In this document: positions 12,851-26,780 of the stretch, one piece after another
Numbering within the stretch: position 1 is the stretch's first letter
Layout of the letters: each line of letters opens with the position of its first letter
Assembly: GCF_009914755.1 (NCBI RefSeq)
Contig: NC_060934.1
DNA length: 64,000 nt
From: the human T2T-CHM13v2.0 reference genome, Homo sapiens
Strand: one strand, 5' to 3'
Translations under genes and position numbers: made by a program
The notes under the pieces: model-generated
Told to the model about the DNA's origin: nothing
Databases searched by the model: none
The model's input: only the letters and a program-made list of their open reading frames with translations

Positions 12851-15633
12851 CAAAGTAACAGAAATAAAGACTTATGCCTCCATCTCTACTCCTGTGACCC
12901 TGATAGAAATGTGAAGGAAATGTAAATATGCTTTCATTTAGAGAAGGGGATTTTCATTTAGAGAAGCTGCTTGAACTAGCGGCACTGTTGTGGGACCAGA
13001 TGCTAGAAAGGACCCACAGCACTTACTCTGAACCCTCCTCTGAAGAAAGTGGCAAAACCTCAAGACATTCCAGGAAGGAGAGAGGATTCAGGCCATGAAC
13101 TATGGGGAGAAGGTGTCCCTCAGATTACAGTCTGGAAGCAATATGTCAGGTGAAGGTAGCAGCAGCAGAGGCGTTTTTACTGATTTCAAGACTTTCTCTG
13201 CAAATGAGGGTGAAAGAACCTGAAAGGAAGCTTGAGAATTCCCAGGGGTCTTGACCAGAAGGCTGGGGAGGGAGGGGTTGGCTCACAGATTCCCTGGCAG
13301 ATGAACAGCAGATGGCAGCAACGAGGGACTGCTGCAGATTCTGGGTTTCTCTCTCAGCACTGAACAGAGGCACAGCCATGAATGGGATTTACAGAAAACC
13401 CACAATGAATGTTACATAGAACTGGGGTGCTGCCCCACCACAGCGTGAGGTGGAAACGGGCCCCGGGCAGGTACAGTTGCACTGGGAAGAGTCTGGCCCT
13501 ACTGGCTCTGGCACCTTCCTATAAGCATCAGTGCATACTCAGAAGAGGCACAGGAGTTGCTGGGGTGAGGGTGATGACCAGTGGGGTGGGGGTTGGGGGT
13601 ACCCATGACCCCATGACCATCCCTCTGGGGAAGCATCTCTCTGGTTTCAGGAGAATGTTCAAAAGTGTTCTCTAGTTTTCTAGCAATAGCTGTGGGGCTT
13701 TTAGTTGATTCTTCATACACTTGCACCAAATGTTCCATGTCTTCTATCCTGAGATCTAGATCGTGTCCCGGGGTTGGAATCTGGCAAACGTGGATGAGAA
13801 TACCACAGGGGACATGAAGGCAGAGTGGAGAGAATGAATAGACATTGACCGTGATGTTAATGATGATAAGAGAGAGAAGAAAACTTGGCCAGAATCTGCT
13901 TTTACATGGCAGAAATAGTAACTGATAGCAAACTGGTACCAAAGCTGCTGGGAAGTCTGCTGGGGGAAAAGCTGTATTTGTACAGTGAAGAAAGGTACCT
14001 GCTCTCAGAGTAAGAAGGAAATAGCTTAACATGGATACTCATGGGCCAGCTAAGAGGAGTGGAAAGCCCCAGGCACCTTCCTCAGATAGCTTAAATGCCT
14101 CATGCCTGGGGGCACGCTCCCTTTATTTGATTGGAGCTGTCTCCTTGGCCTCCTCCGCCACCTTGCTGTCCCATTAGCTTTGGCTCCTTCAAGCAAATGG
14201 GTTCTCCTGGCATCTTTTCTTTATCTCTTATGCAGGTTTTTCCTTCCTACACTGTGGGCTGGCCAACCCTTCCCTCAATCTGATCCTACCTGTGATCTAG
14301 TGGAACTAATAGACATTTCTGGCTTGTGGTTTAAGGCTGTAGGAGTACGTGTTTACCTTTAAATATTTAATGGGTTTTGCCTCCCTTATACTTTTCTCTG
14401 TTCTGGATAGGGAGAAATTGTCAAATATTTAGGCACATAGTAGGAGAAAAAGCCCACTGTACACTTATATTTGGAAAGCACCAATTAATATTTGAAAAGC
14501 GCCAATTATAAAAAACAAAAAACTGCCTTTGCAGAGAGCAACCTAGTGGGGAAAAATGATAATGATATTCTGCTAATTCTAGCTTTTTCCAATTGTTTTA
14601 GTCACTCTGTACTTCTTATTCTGTAGCTTTGCTATTGTTTTTCATGTGCTTTTTGACTTTCCACCTCTTTAGTTGACATTTTGTTTCTGTTTTTCTGTTT
14701 CTTGTTCTGTTTGAACTATTGTTCTTTTTTATGTATAATTACAGTGTAAGCCAGAAGTCCAGATAACGTTAAGCTAGAAAGCCCCTATTAATATGCATTT
14801 GTACCACAAAAAGTAATGAGCGCATTTGTATGACAAATGAAAATGTGTTATCTTGGAGAATAGTGAACACGAAGGTTAGGCAATGTGAAGATTCAATGAC
14901 GTTTTCCCAAGTTCAAGGATTGCATTTAGGAACTATATTTCCCCTGGGTTAGAGGTGGGTGTTAAGTAGAAAGAGAATTGGAAGCTGATAAAGGAATTAC
15001 TAACACTGCCATTTGTTTTACAAATTTCAATTAAAGGATTTAATATGATAGTTAAACTATAAATTACATTTAGTAAAGGTGCAAGATGGGCATTTTCCTT
15101 AATTTAATATTCCTGCCTAATGGCAGGGGGCATTAATCCCTGAGTCACTGGGTGGTCTCAAACTCAAACTAAAATCCTGGTATTTATGATTCCCGGTTAA
15201 ACAATACTGTGCATCAGACAGCAGAGTCGAATAAAGTAGTTTTTTCTTTAGAGCCTAGAATTTGATATGATCCCATTGCACTTGAAACATTTAGCAGATC
15301 TAGAATGAATCAAATGTTTGGATAAACCACTGCAGTTTATCTTTCATTTGCTTGACAATTGCAAATGAAGTATGATTTGATTTTGTTGGGTTGCAAAGCC
15401 AATATAAAGGAACATTTAAGGAAAAAGAGCATCAAGACATGAATGTATACTTAATGTTATCAAATTATAAAAACTTAACAAAATCAATTTTGCAGAATTT
15501 ATAGAGAGAGTTCCATGACATTTCCAATCAGGTGAAAAGGGCTTATCTTTTTCAATCACAAAGCTTAACATACTTTATCTAGTGCTTCGCATTTTTAATT
15601 TACACTCTGTTAAAGGGCTAACTCCAAGTTGAT

Positions 15634-15705
15634 TTGTGTGTGTGTATGTATACATGATATATGTATATATATATACACACACGCACACACATATATATGT
15701 ATATA
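15634..15705. repeat. Compound (TG)/(TA)/(CA) microsatellite
   Basis: TGTGTGTGTGTATGTATAC...ATATATATACACACACGCACACACATATATATGT. Confidence 0.85.
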
Positions 15706-16104
15706 ATAAAGGCTTTTGAATCAAGTGTTCCATGTCTTCTCTTACTGGAGGTCCAGATAGAGACCAGTGTTCTGGTGATAGGAATATAATACAGAATATA
15801 ATTCTACAGAGAAGAAATGAATGCAGAGTGGAGATGATGCAGACATCAACTATGATATTAACGACCATGAAATAGAAAAGAAAACGATCAGAATTTGGAA
15901 GAGCTTTAGCTAAGAGGCACAGAATCAGCTTCTACATGGAGTTTGTGAAGCTATGAAAATTTGTTAGTGGTTTTTTCAGCATAAATGATAGCAGGCAACA
16001 GCCTGATAAGAATACTTCTCTACCTAAAATTCTTCCACAGATGCCACTGCTCTTATGATCAAGTTCTTTATAGTCATTTTTTGGCCTTGGAAATTTGGCT
16101 ACTT

Positions 16105-16451
16105 TTTATGCCCTGGCCTCTTGCTCTCCAGCCACATTCTTTCTGCTCCTTAGAACTCTGCATATAACTTGCTGCCTCAACCCACCTAATTCCTTGAGCT
16201 CACTTGCTCCTGCTGGGTTTCCAGTTCTGCAGGGAAGGCTTCCCTTTCCAAGGACTAAGTTAGGGATTCTTGCTATATGCTCTCATAACACCCTCTGTCA
16301 CTAACGTTGTAGTCAGTTACTACTTTGTTATTTCTTTAGTGCCGGTCTCCCTCTTTAGACTGGTATTTCCATGAGTAGGGACCATTATCTGTCTTGCTTA
16401 AGCATGTTGCATGGCACATAAGAAAAAAAGTTAATTGGATGAATAAATGAA
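16105..16451 (+). mobile_element. L2 3' end
   Basis: GTCTCCC...TAGACTG...CCATGAG...GGGACC...TGGCACATA...TGAATAAATGAA tail. Confidence 0.65.
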
Positions 16452-16799
16452 CAAGGGAGAAACTTGTTATTGTGGGTTTGTATGCCTTCCCCACAACAAA
16501 ACAAAAGATATGTCGAAGTCCTTAATCCTCAGTACTGTGAATGTGTCCTTACTTGGAAATAGGGTCTTTATAGATATAATCAAGTTAAAGTGAGGCCATT
16601 AGGGTAGGCCTTAATCTAATATGACTGGTGTCCTTATAGGAGGAAAATGCCACAGGAAGACAGAGACACATGCAAGAAACTGCATAGGGCGACAGAGGCA
16701 GAGGCTGGGGTGATGCTTCTATAAGCCAAACACCATGGATTGATGGCCTCCACCAGAAGCTAGGACGAGAACAGGAAGGATTCTAGTGAGTCTTAAAGG

Positions 16800-18443
16800 T
16801 GAGAGGTGACAGCGTGCTGGCAGTCCTCAGAGCCCTCGCTTGCTCTCGGCACCTCCCCTGCCTGGGCTCCCACTTTGGTGGCATTTGAGGAGCCCTTCAG
16901 TCCCCCACTGCACTGTGGGAGCCCCTTTCTGGGCTGGCCAAGGCCGGAGCCCACTTCCTCAGCTTGCAGGGAGGTGTGGAGGGAGAGGCACGAGCGGGAA
17001 CCGGGGCTGTGTGCGGCGCTTGCGGGCCAGCTGGAGTTCCGGGTGGGCGTGGGCTTGGTGGGCCCCGCACTCGGAGCAGCCAGCCAGCCAGCCCTGCTGG
17101 CCCCGGGCAATGGGGGACTTAGCACCCGGGCCAGTGGCTGCGGAGGGTGTACTGAGTCCCCCAGCAGTGCTGGCCCACTGGCGCTGCGCTCGATTTCTTG
17201 CGAAGCCTTCTTGGGAAGGCCTTGGCTGCCTTCCCACGGGGCAGGGCTCGGGACCTGCAGCCCGCCATGCCTAAGCCTCCCACCCACTCCATGGGCTCCT
17301 GTGCGGCCCGAGCCTCCCTGACGAGCGCCACCCCCTGCTCCATGGCGCCCAGTCCCATCGACCACCCAAGGGCTGAGGAATGCGAGTGCACGGCACAGGA
17401 CTGGCAGGCAGCTCCACCTGCAGCCCCGGTGCGGGATCCACTAAGTGAAGCCAGCTGGGCTCCTGAGTCTGGTGGGGACGTGGAGAGTCTTTATATCTAG
17501 CTCAGGGATTGTAAATATACCAATCAGCACCCAGTGTTTAGCTCAAGGTTTGTGAGTGTACCAATCGACACTCTGTATCTAGCTGCTCTGGTGAGGACGT
17601 GGAGAGTTTTTAGATCTAGCTCAGAGATTGTAAATACACCAATCAGCACCCTGTGTTTAGCTCAAGGTTTGTGAGTGCACCCATCGACACTGTATCTAGC
17701 TGCTCTGGTGAGGACGTGGAGAACCTTTATGTCTAGCTCAAGGATTGTAAACACACCAATCAGCACCCTGTGTTTAGCTCAAGGTTTGTGAATGCACCAA
17801 TCGACACTCTGTATCTAGCTGCTCTGGTAGGGCCTTGGAGAACCTGTGTGTGGAAACTCTGTATCTAACTAATCTGATGGGGACATGGAGAACTTTTGTA
17901 TCTAGCTCAGGGATTGTAAACGCACCAATCAGCACCCTGACAAAACAGGCCACTCGGCTCTACCAATCAGCAGGATGTGGGTGGGGCCAGATAAGAGAAT
18001 AAAAGCAGGCTGCCCGAGCCAGCATTGGCAACCCGCTCGGGTCCCCTTCCACACCGTGGAAGCTTTGTTCTTTCGCTCTTTGCAATAAATCTTGCTACTG
18101 CTCACTCTTTGGGGGTCCACGCTGCTTTTATAAGCTGTAACACTCACCACGAAGATCTGCAGCTTCACTCCTGAGCCCAGCAAGACCACGAGCCCACCGT
18201 GAGGAATGAACAACTCCAGACGCGCTGCCTTAAGAGCTGTAACACTCACTGCGAAGGTCTGCAACTTCACTCCTGAGCCAGCAAGACCGCGAACCCACCA
18301 GAAGGAAGAAACTCTGAACACATCTGAACATCAGGAGGGCAGACTCCAGACACACCACCTTAAGAGTTGTAACACTCACCGCGAGGGTTCACGGCTTCAT
18401 TCTTGAAGTCAGTGAGACCAACAACCCACCAATTCCGGACACA
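16800..18443 (+). mobile_element. Complete solo LTR12C (ERV9 LTR)
   Basis: Starts TGAGAGGTGACAGCGTGCTGGC, ends CCAATTCCGGACACA; TG..CA termini; 4-bp TSD AAGG at 16796-16799 and 18444-18447; CpG-rich U3 and tandem repeats. Confidence 0.96.
17496..18010 (+). promoter_or_regulatory. LTR12C enhancer/promoter: about three ~118-bp tandem units with CCAAT (NF-Y) and reverse GATA sites, then an AATAAA TATA-like box
   Basis: Repeated ACCAATCAGCAC / ACCAATCGAC and TATCT motifs; AGAATAAAAGCAGG near 18000; known ERV9 LTR architecture. Confidence 0.8.
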
Positions 18444-18714
18444 AAGGGAGCATGGCCCTGCTCACATCTTGATTTCAGCCCTCTAGTCTTTAGAGCTGTG
18501 AGAGAGTAAGTGATTGTTGTTTAAAGCTACCCAGTTTAAAATATTCTTGTTAGGACAGCCCTAGAAAATGAATACCTCTGGTCGTCACAGCTAGTGCTGA
18601 AGAGTACAATAGAACCAGCAGCAGTGGCACTGACTTCTAGGTTGAAGGGCAGTGGTGCTCAAGGTCATGTTTACTCTTGGCAGAGCCTGAGAAAGGACAC
18701 TCATGAGGAAAGCT

Positions 18715-18890
18715 AACAGTTACTACTTAATGGTAGTTACATACACTATCATCATGTAAACACACTATACTTGCATTATTTTATTTACCCCTGGGGATAT
18801 CTCATGAGTTAGATTCTATTATCCTTATTTTATAGATGAAGAAACTGGAAATCAGTGAGGTTAAGAAATGGCAAGGCCTTCATTTGAACA
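18715..18890 (-). mobile_element. MIR
   Basis: TATTATCCTTATTTTATAGATGAAGAAACTGGAAATCAGTGAGGTTAAG core. Confidence 0.75.
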
Positions 18891-19434
18891 CAGGCAAGGA
18901 TAGATGGCAGGAAAAGACATCCTAGAAAATGCCAGTTTGTATATAGTTACTCAGTTCCCAAAAATATTAAGAATTCATATGGGTCAAACTTTCACAGGCT
19001 GCTGCTGTGTACTGACATCCAGCCTATTTCAAAACTGTTATTGACATATAGGTATATACTTTCTATTTTTAAGTTTGTTTTTGCCAATACTGTCAATCAG
19101 CTTATATGTTTCATAACACCCTAGGCAATGCAATGTCATCTGTGTCATCACATACAAAATTTTTATATTTATAGCCACCTCATTAAAACTCAGAGGTACT
19201 TATGACATTTTAGTGCTGACTCCTTCTATTATAGGTTCTTTTTCTTCTGCTTCCATAGTAGGTCAACCAGTAGCCCAGGCTCAGAAGAAAAATGCAGAGA
19301 CATCAAAAGTTGGAAAGAATCTTGATGGGGAAAGATATCATTAATTCTCTCTCCAAGAGAGAATTGCATTTCTCAAAGATGAAATCAATTCTTGGAGTTC
19401 TCAAGAGAAAGAGATTCCATTGAGTCTCTGTGTG

Positions 19435-19605
19435 TAGAGAGAGTGAGATATTGGAAACGGAGCCCAGCTTCAAACCTGAGTCTCCCACAATCACCCCAAG
19501 TTGCTAACTCTCCATTTCCTCACCTGTGAAATGCATCTGAGAGTTGCTCACTTGCTGCCAGAGTTTTTGTGAGACAAAAGTTGAGAGTATGTAGAGGAAG
19601 GTGTC
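19435..19605 (+). mobile_element. MIR
   Basis: CAAGTTGCTAACTCTCCATTTCCTCACCTGTGAAATG core. Confidence 0.6.
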
Positions 19606-20269
19606 AGGGCAATTTCACTAAAAAAGTTCTATGAGGAGAGAGTGTCTTTTCTTTATTTTAGAAACATTTTTATTATTGAGTCCCAGGCATCTTTACCCTT
19701 TGCTTTTCTGGCTTTAAAACAAATTTTGGACCCTCCATCATCTCTATTGCTCTTTTGCATCTTTTTCAGTTTTCAATTGCTATATAGCAGGCAGAAGCTC
19801 AAAGTGCACAGAACACTGATACCCTCTGCTGTGCAGACCAGATAAGGCACACATGTACACTTTAAAAGAAATGCTGTTTAGAGGAACTTTGTATACTCTT
19901 TATTTGATAGTGGTTTACTAGATCCATAGGTTAATTTTGGTAGTTTTGGGCATGTCAATAATTTCCACAGCTCATTTTTCCTTCTCTAGATCTACTTCTC
20001 AGACTTCTCTTTTCCTTTAACTTGATTTTGGAAATTTCCTTTTTCTTGTTATGATAATCCCAAATACGAATGGTATTATCCCCAAATGTAGACAATCCTC
20101 TAAAAATCCTGTGATATTTGCCTTTTAGAGAAGTGTTCATTATACAGATCACAGGTCCAAATAACATTACCATTGATCCCAAGGAGTGACCTCTGAAAGC
20201 ACTGTCCAAAATTGTATAAGAATGTCAACAAGTAAGTACTAAAGGTTAATGGTAATAATAATTATAAGA

Positions 20270-20460
20270 TTCCAGATGATTCATTGAGGCTACATTATAT
20301 GCCAGGCACTGGGTTCTGTATTACCACAGGCATCCTCAAAGGATTTTACTGTCCTTACTCTGCAGAGAAGACTGAGGTTCTCATAAACTAAGTAAACTGC
20401 AGAAAAACAATTGAAGGAATTTAGGTTCAGGCACTCAAAAGTCCATGCTTTATCCTCTGC
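20270..20460 (-). mobile_element. MIR
   Basis: TATGCCAGGCACTG...CAGAGAAGACTGAGGTTC...AAAAGTCCATGCT. Confidence 0.6.
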
Positions 20461-22979
20461 TCCTGACTGCCTCCTAAGGATGTTATAGTTTATTAAGGAT
20501 CCAACAGCCCTTTTTTTTTTGGAGCCTGCGTGCATACAGGATCAGGGCATCAGAACACGGTGGAATCTTCTTCCTATTATCTGTGAAAATCTGCTTCTTT
20601 GCCCTTTACAGTCACTGATACATCCATCTGTTCACAGTAAATTTCTTAATCACCTCTGGCGATGTGATTCTGACTCCTTAAGTATTTTGTCCCTGCCCCC
20701 ATGGGGAATGCATATTGTTAAAGCATCTGCTCACCTCATTCCTCCAGGTAGGTAAACTCCAAGGCAGAGAATTCACTGGAGGGTTTTTAGCAACATCTAC
20801 CCTTTCTGGCTGCAAGGGAAGTTGCTCTCTGTCAGTGATCATGGACTATCCTTCACTGTCCTCTTGCATTTAATTTCCTGGACTGAACGTTCCCATCCTT
20901 ACCCATCCCATTTACTCTGGTGATTTCTGGCCTCTCCTTACACAGATGGTTAAGAAACTGTAATTCCTCCAGGAAGGACTAAGGCTATGGTTTTCAGCAA
21001 GGCAAATAATATATGCTACAATAATATGACTTTGCGTTTCTAAAGAGCTGTTATATTATTTGTGCTTATTATAATATTTTCTTTGAATTTACTTATAATA
21101 GGGCATGGGCCATCTGAAATCTAGTTTTCAAAAGTGTAGGTAAGAAATCTCTCTCTGGTCATTCCCTTTACTGCCCTGGAAGCTCAGCATTTTTGTATGA
21201 ATAGATAATTTAGAAAGATGTAATTGTACCTTCACGTAAGGGGTTGGCTTTCTATGATGTTTGACTTTTACTTTGAAGAATTGAATTTAGATGAATATGC
21301 CTTATTATCTGCTCTGCAAATGCATGCTTTCCCTCTTCTTAGAAAAGCTGCCAAGATGATCATTGCTAAGTTGCATGCGCATTTCTCATTTTAGAGAAAT
21401 TTTAGCATTTCAGCACAGATTTGGTTAATAGCACCCTGTACATAAAAGCACAATCTAAAGACGGTCAATATACAAAATATCAGATTTTCTGACATGCACT
21501 TATGGAAAAGTTTCATGAACAATAAAAATCAGCACAATTAATACATGTGCGAAAACATGACACTCGATGAATCTCTGCCTTTATTTTCTCCAGGATAGCT
21601 GAGCCTGGTGATATTTTCATTATTCGGTAGGCTAGGAAAGTCAGTCTTACCCAGTTTCCCTCTCCAGCTTAGGATCTGTTGCTCCCCTCTTCATTTTCAA
21701 TTCTATGAATTTCCTCCATATTATTTTAAGATTTAAGCATCCAGATGGGTATCAAATTCCTTCCTCACACCTGGTTTCCCCAGCAAGCAATGAGTTTTTG
21801 ATTTTTTACTGGGCATGAGCCATCTCTCCTGGCCTGCTTTTTGTAACACACAACACTTTTTCCCTCCCTGGTTTTAATGGCTTAAGGGTCTCAGAATTGG
21901 TATCTCTTGAATATCATTTACCCAAGTACCATTAAGGTTTCAGTGGAGAAGGAACTGAGAGAAATAGAAAAACACGGTCCCGTATTTCTGTTCATCTTCA
22001 GCCAATCTTATCACACTGCCCTTTCAAAGATGGCTTTGTAATTAATACGGGTGCCAGAGAGGCTAGCAGTACCACTGGCTGCCCAAGCAAGTCACCTTAA
22101 TGCTTTTATACTGTTAATAAGACATAAATGTGGCTAATAGCAGCATTTTCATATTGCATTAATGCAACACAATTTCTGAATATGATATGAATCTTACCTA
22201 ATTAGTCACTTTTCAAATGCCCTCAAACCTGTTTTTAAGGGGAATTTGATGCACTGAAAAGAGAATCAGGAGGCAGAGACCTGGAATTACTTAATTTCCC
22301 AAGATGTTTCAGATACCCCTATTTGGGGAATTTGAGTATAAAAGTTCTCAAGTATTTTTTACCCCAGTAGAACAGTATCTCAGACCCCTTCTATCATCGT
22401 TCCCTTCCATCCATTAGCTAGAAAAACAATACATATCACCTGGAGTTTTTCTCCAACTTAAGGTACTCATAGTTTCTGATACTTTTCTCATAGTACAACA
22501 TATGAAAAAGCCTGAAAGAGAGCCAGGGATGGTGTCAATTATGAAGGAGGTTAGCTAGAGGCTGGAGTTTCTAATGGCTCACAGTAACCACTCAAGCTCT
22601 TTAGCCAAAAATATTATACATCGCTTAGCCATTTTGCCTTCTTCCCTCCTGTCTCTGCTCTCCGTATGTATTTTGATAGTCTATTTCTTCCTTTCTGTAT
22701 GCCTGTTTTATTTCTCATGGACCTCAGATATCGAGAGATGAGGTAATCATCCCTCAGTTCATAATTCATTAGCATTGTTTTATCTTTTTATCCTTTATTA
22801 CCTATAATATATTCATTTCTCTACCTTTTATAGGCACCCAGCATAGATCAGTTAATGCCTATACTTAGATAGGTACCAGTGAAAAGCAAAGTTTTATTTG
22901 GCAAATGCGTCTTTTAAATATATATAAATTGTATTTTGTTAACAGAATTTATTTTATTTATTTACTCAATCCTTCTTTT

Positions 22980-25585
<2,606 letters not shown>

Positions 25586-25599
25586 TCAGCCCTACTTTT

Positions 25600-25885
25600 T
25601 AAAATATTTAATAATATTGTTGTTTGTAAACCTCTAGCTTTTTCTCACTGCTATATTCGTCATCTATTAAATGTCTATGCTATATTTTAGTTATTCATTA
25701 TTTTAATGATGGCCTCTAGGTTGATGACTTTAGTACCCCATAAACAATATTACAATGAATATCATTATACATGTTTACTTATGTTCCTATGTGAGTTTCC
25801 CTATGAACAAGTAAAATGGCTAAGGTTGTAGGGTATGAATACTTTTAATTTTGCCAAGTTTTGGCATTTTTTCCTCAAAAATGTC
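25600..25885 (-). mobile_element. Old L1M(E) 3' fragment
   Basis: Degenerate AAACAATATTACAATGAATATCATTATACATG...GTAGGGTATG. Confidence 0.5.
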
Positions 25886-25891
25886 TTAAGT

Positions 25892-26490
25892 GATATCTGT
25901 ACCCCCATGTGTATTGCAGCACTGTTCACAACAGCCAAGATATGGAATCAGCCTAAGTGTCCATCAACAGTGGAATGGATATACACACAAAGGCATACTA
26001 TTCAGCCATAAAAAATGAATTCCTGTCATTCATAGCAAAATGGGTGAGTTCAGTGGACATTTTGTTAAATGAAATAAATCAGGCACAGAAAAATAAATAC
26101 CGCATATTCTTACTCATACATGGGTGCTACAAAAGCTGAGAGTATAGAAGTAGACAGTAGAATTGTGGTTATTAGAGGCTTGGTAGGTTAGGGTGGAGGG
26201 AAGGATATGGACAGTTTGGTTAATCAATACAAAATTATAGCTAGATGGGAGGAAGAGGCTCTGGTGTGTAATAGCACTGCAGGGTAACCATAATTAACAA
26301 TAACTTACTGTATATTTTTAAATAGCTAGAAGAAGGGAATGTTCCCAACACACAGAAATGATAAATGTTTGAGGTGATAGATATGCTAATTGCCATGACT
26401 TGATTATTATACATTACATATTTTGAATATTACTCTGTATCCTAAAATATATACAATTATTACACGTCAAGTAAGCACAAAAAATAAAAA
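25892..26490 (+). mobile_element. L1MA (MA4/5-like) 3' end
   Basis: ATTGCAGCACTGTTCACAACAGCCAAGATATGGAATC...GAAATGATAAATGTTTGAGGTGAT...A-tail. Confidence 0.85.
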
Positions 26491-26559
26491 TTTTCTTGAA
26501 CAAAAACTGCATAAATGTTCTTACAATTTTTGCTACTGCTTGGTATTGTCTGATTATCA

Positions 26560-26770
26560 GCTCAAAGTCCAGATTCTCATAATCTAAGTCAGGTCCAGGT
26601 GAGTGTGAGGCTTCCTGGATAGAGTTCTTTAAGTATGACTCCTGAATTTGCAATTCTTCTTGAACTGTGAAATTAAAGAGACAAGCTGTTCATCCCCTAC
26701 ATACCTGACAATCAAGATGTCACAGGCACAGGGCAACCTCTGAAGGTATTCCTGTTCAAAAAAGGAGGCA
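26560..26770 (-). mobile_element. MLT1 (MaLR) internal fragment, left piece
   Basis: TCTAAGTCAGGTCCAGGT...CTGTGAAATTAAAGAGACAAG...ATTCCTGTTCAAAAAAGG, which I recognise as MLT-int-like. Confidence 0.5.
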
Positions 26771-26780
26771 CAAAGAGTCA

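Larger units (their letters stand above)
16464..18575 (+). mobile_element. MLT1C-like MaLR LTR split by LTR12C (16464-16799 and 18444-18575)
   Basis: TGTGAATGTGTCCTTACTTGGAAATAGGGTCTTTA...ATGACTGGTGTCCTTATA; resumes GGAGCATGGCCCTGC...CAGCCCTAGAAAATGAATAC. Confidence 0.85.

Noticed and set aside
13499-15868. Two minus-strand ORFs sharing EDMEHL (15-mer TGTTCCATGTCTTCT at 13731 and 15726)
   Set aside because: Similarity does not extend beyond about 19 nt; a few exact 15-mer pairs are expected by chance in 64 kb; no recognisable protein
16793-17500. Six overlapping 90-190 aa ORFs
   Set aside because: All lie in the GC-rich LTR12C U3, where stop codons are scarce; no domain recognised
17496-17935. 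Regularly spaced repeats resembling a CRISPR array
   Set aside because: The intervening sequences are also repeated; these are LTR12 enhancer tandem repeats in primate DNA with no cas genes
19350-19437. SLQERIAFLKDEI resembling an intermediate-filament coil
   Set aside because: Short, bounded by stops, no flanking similarity
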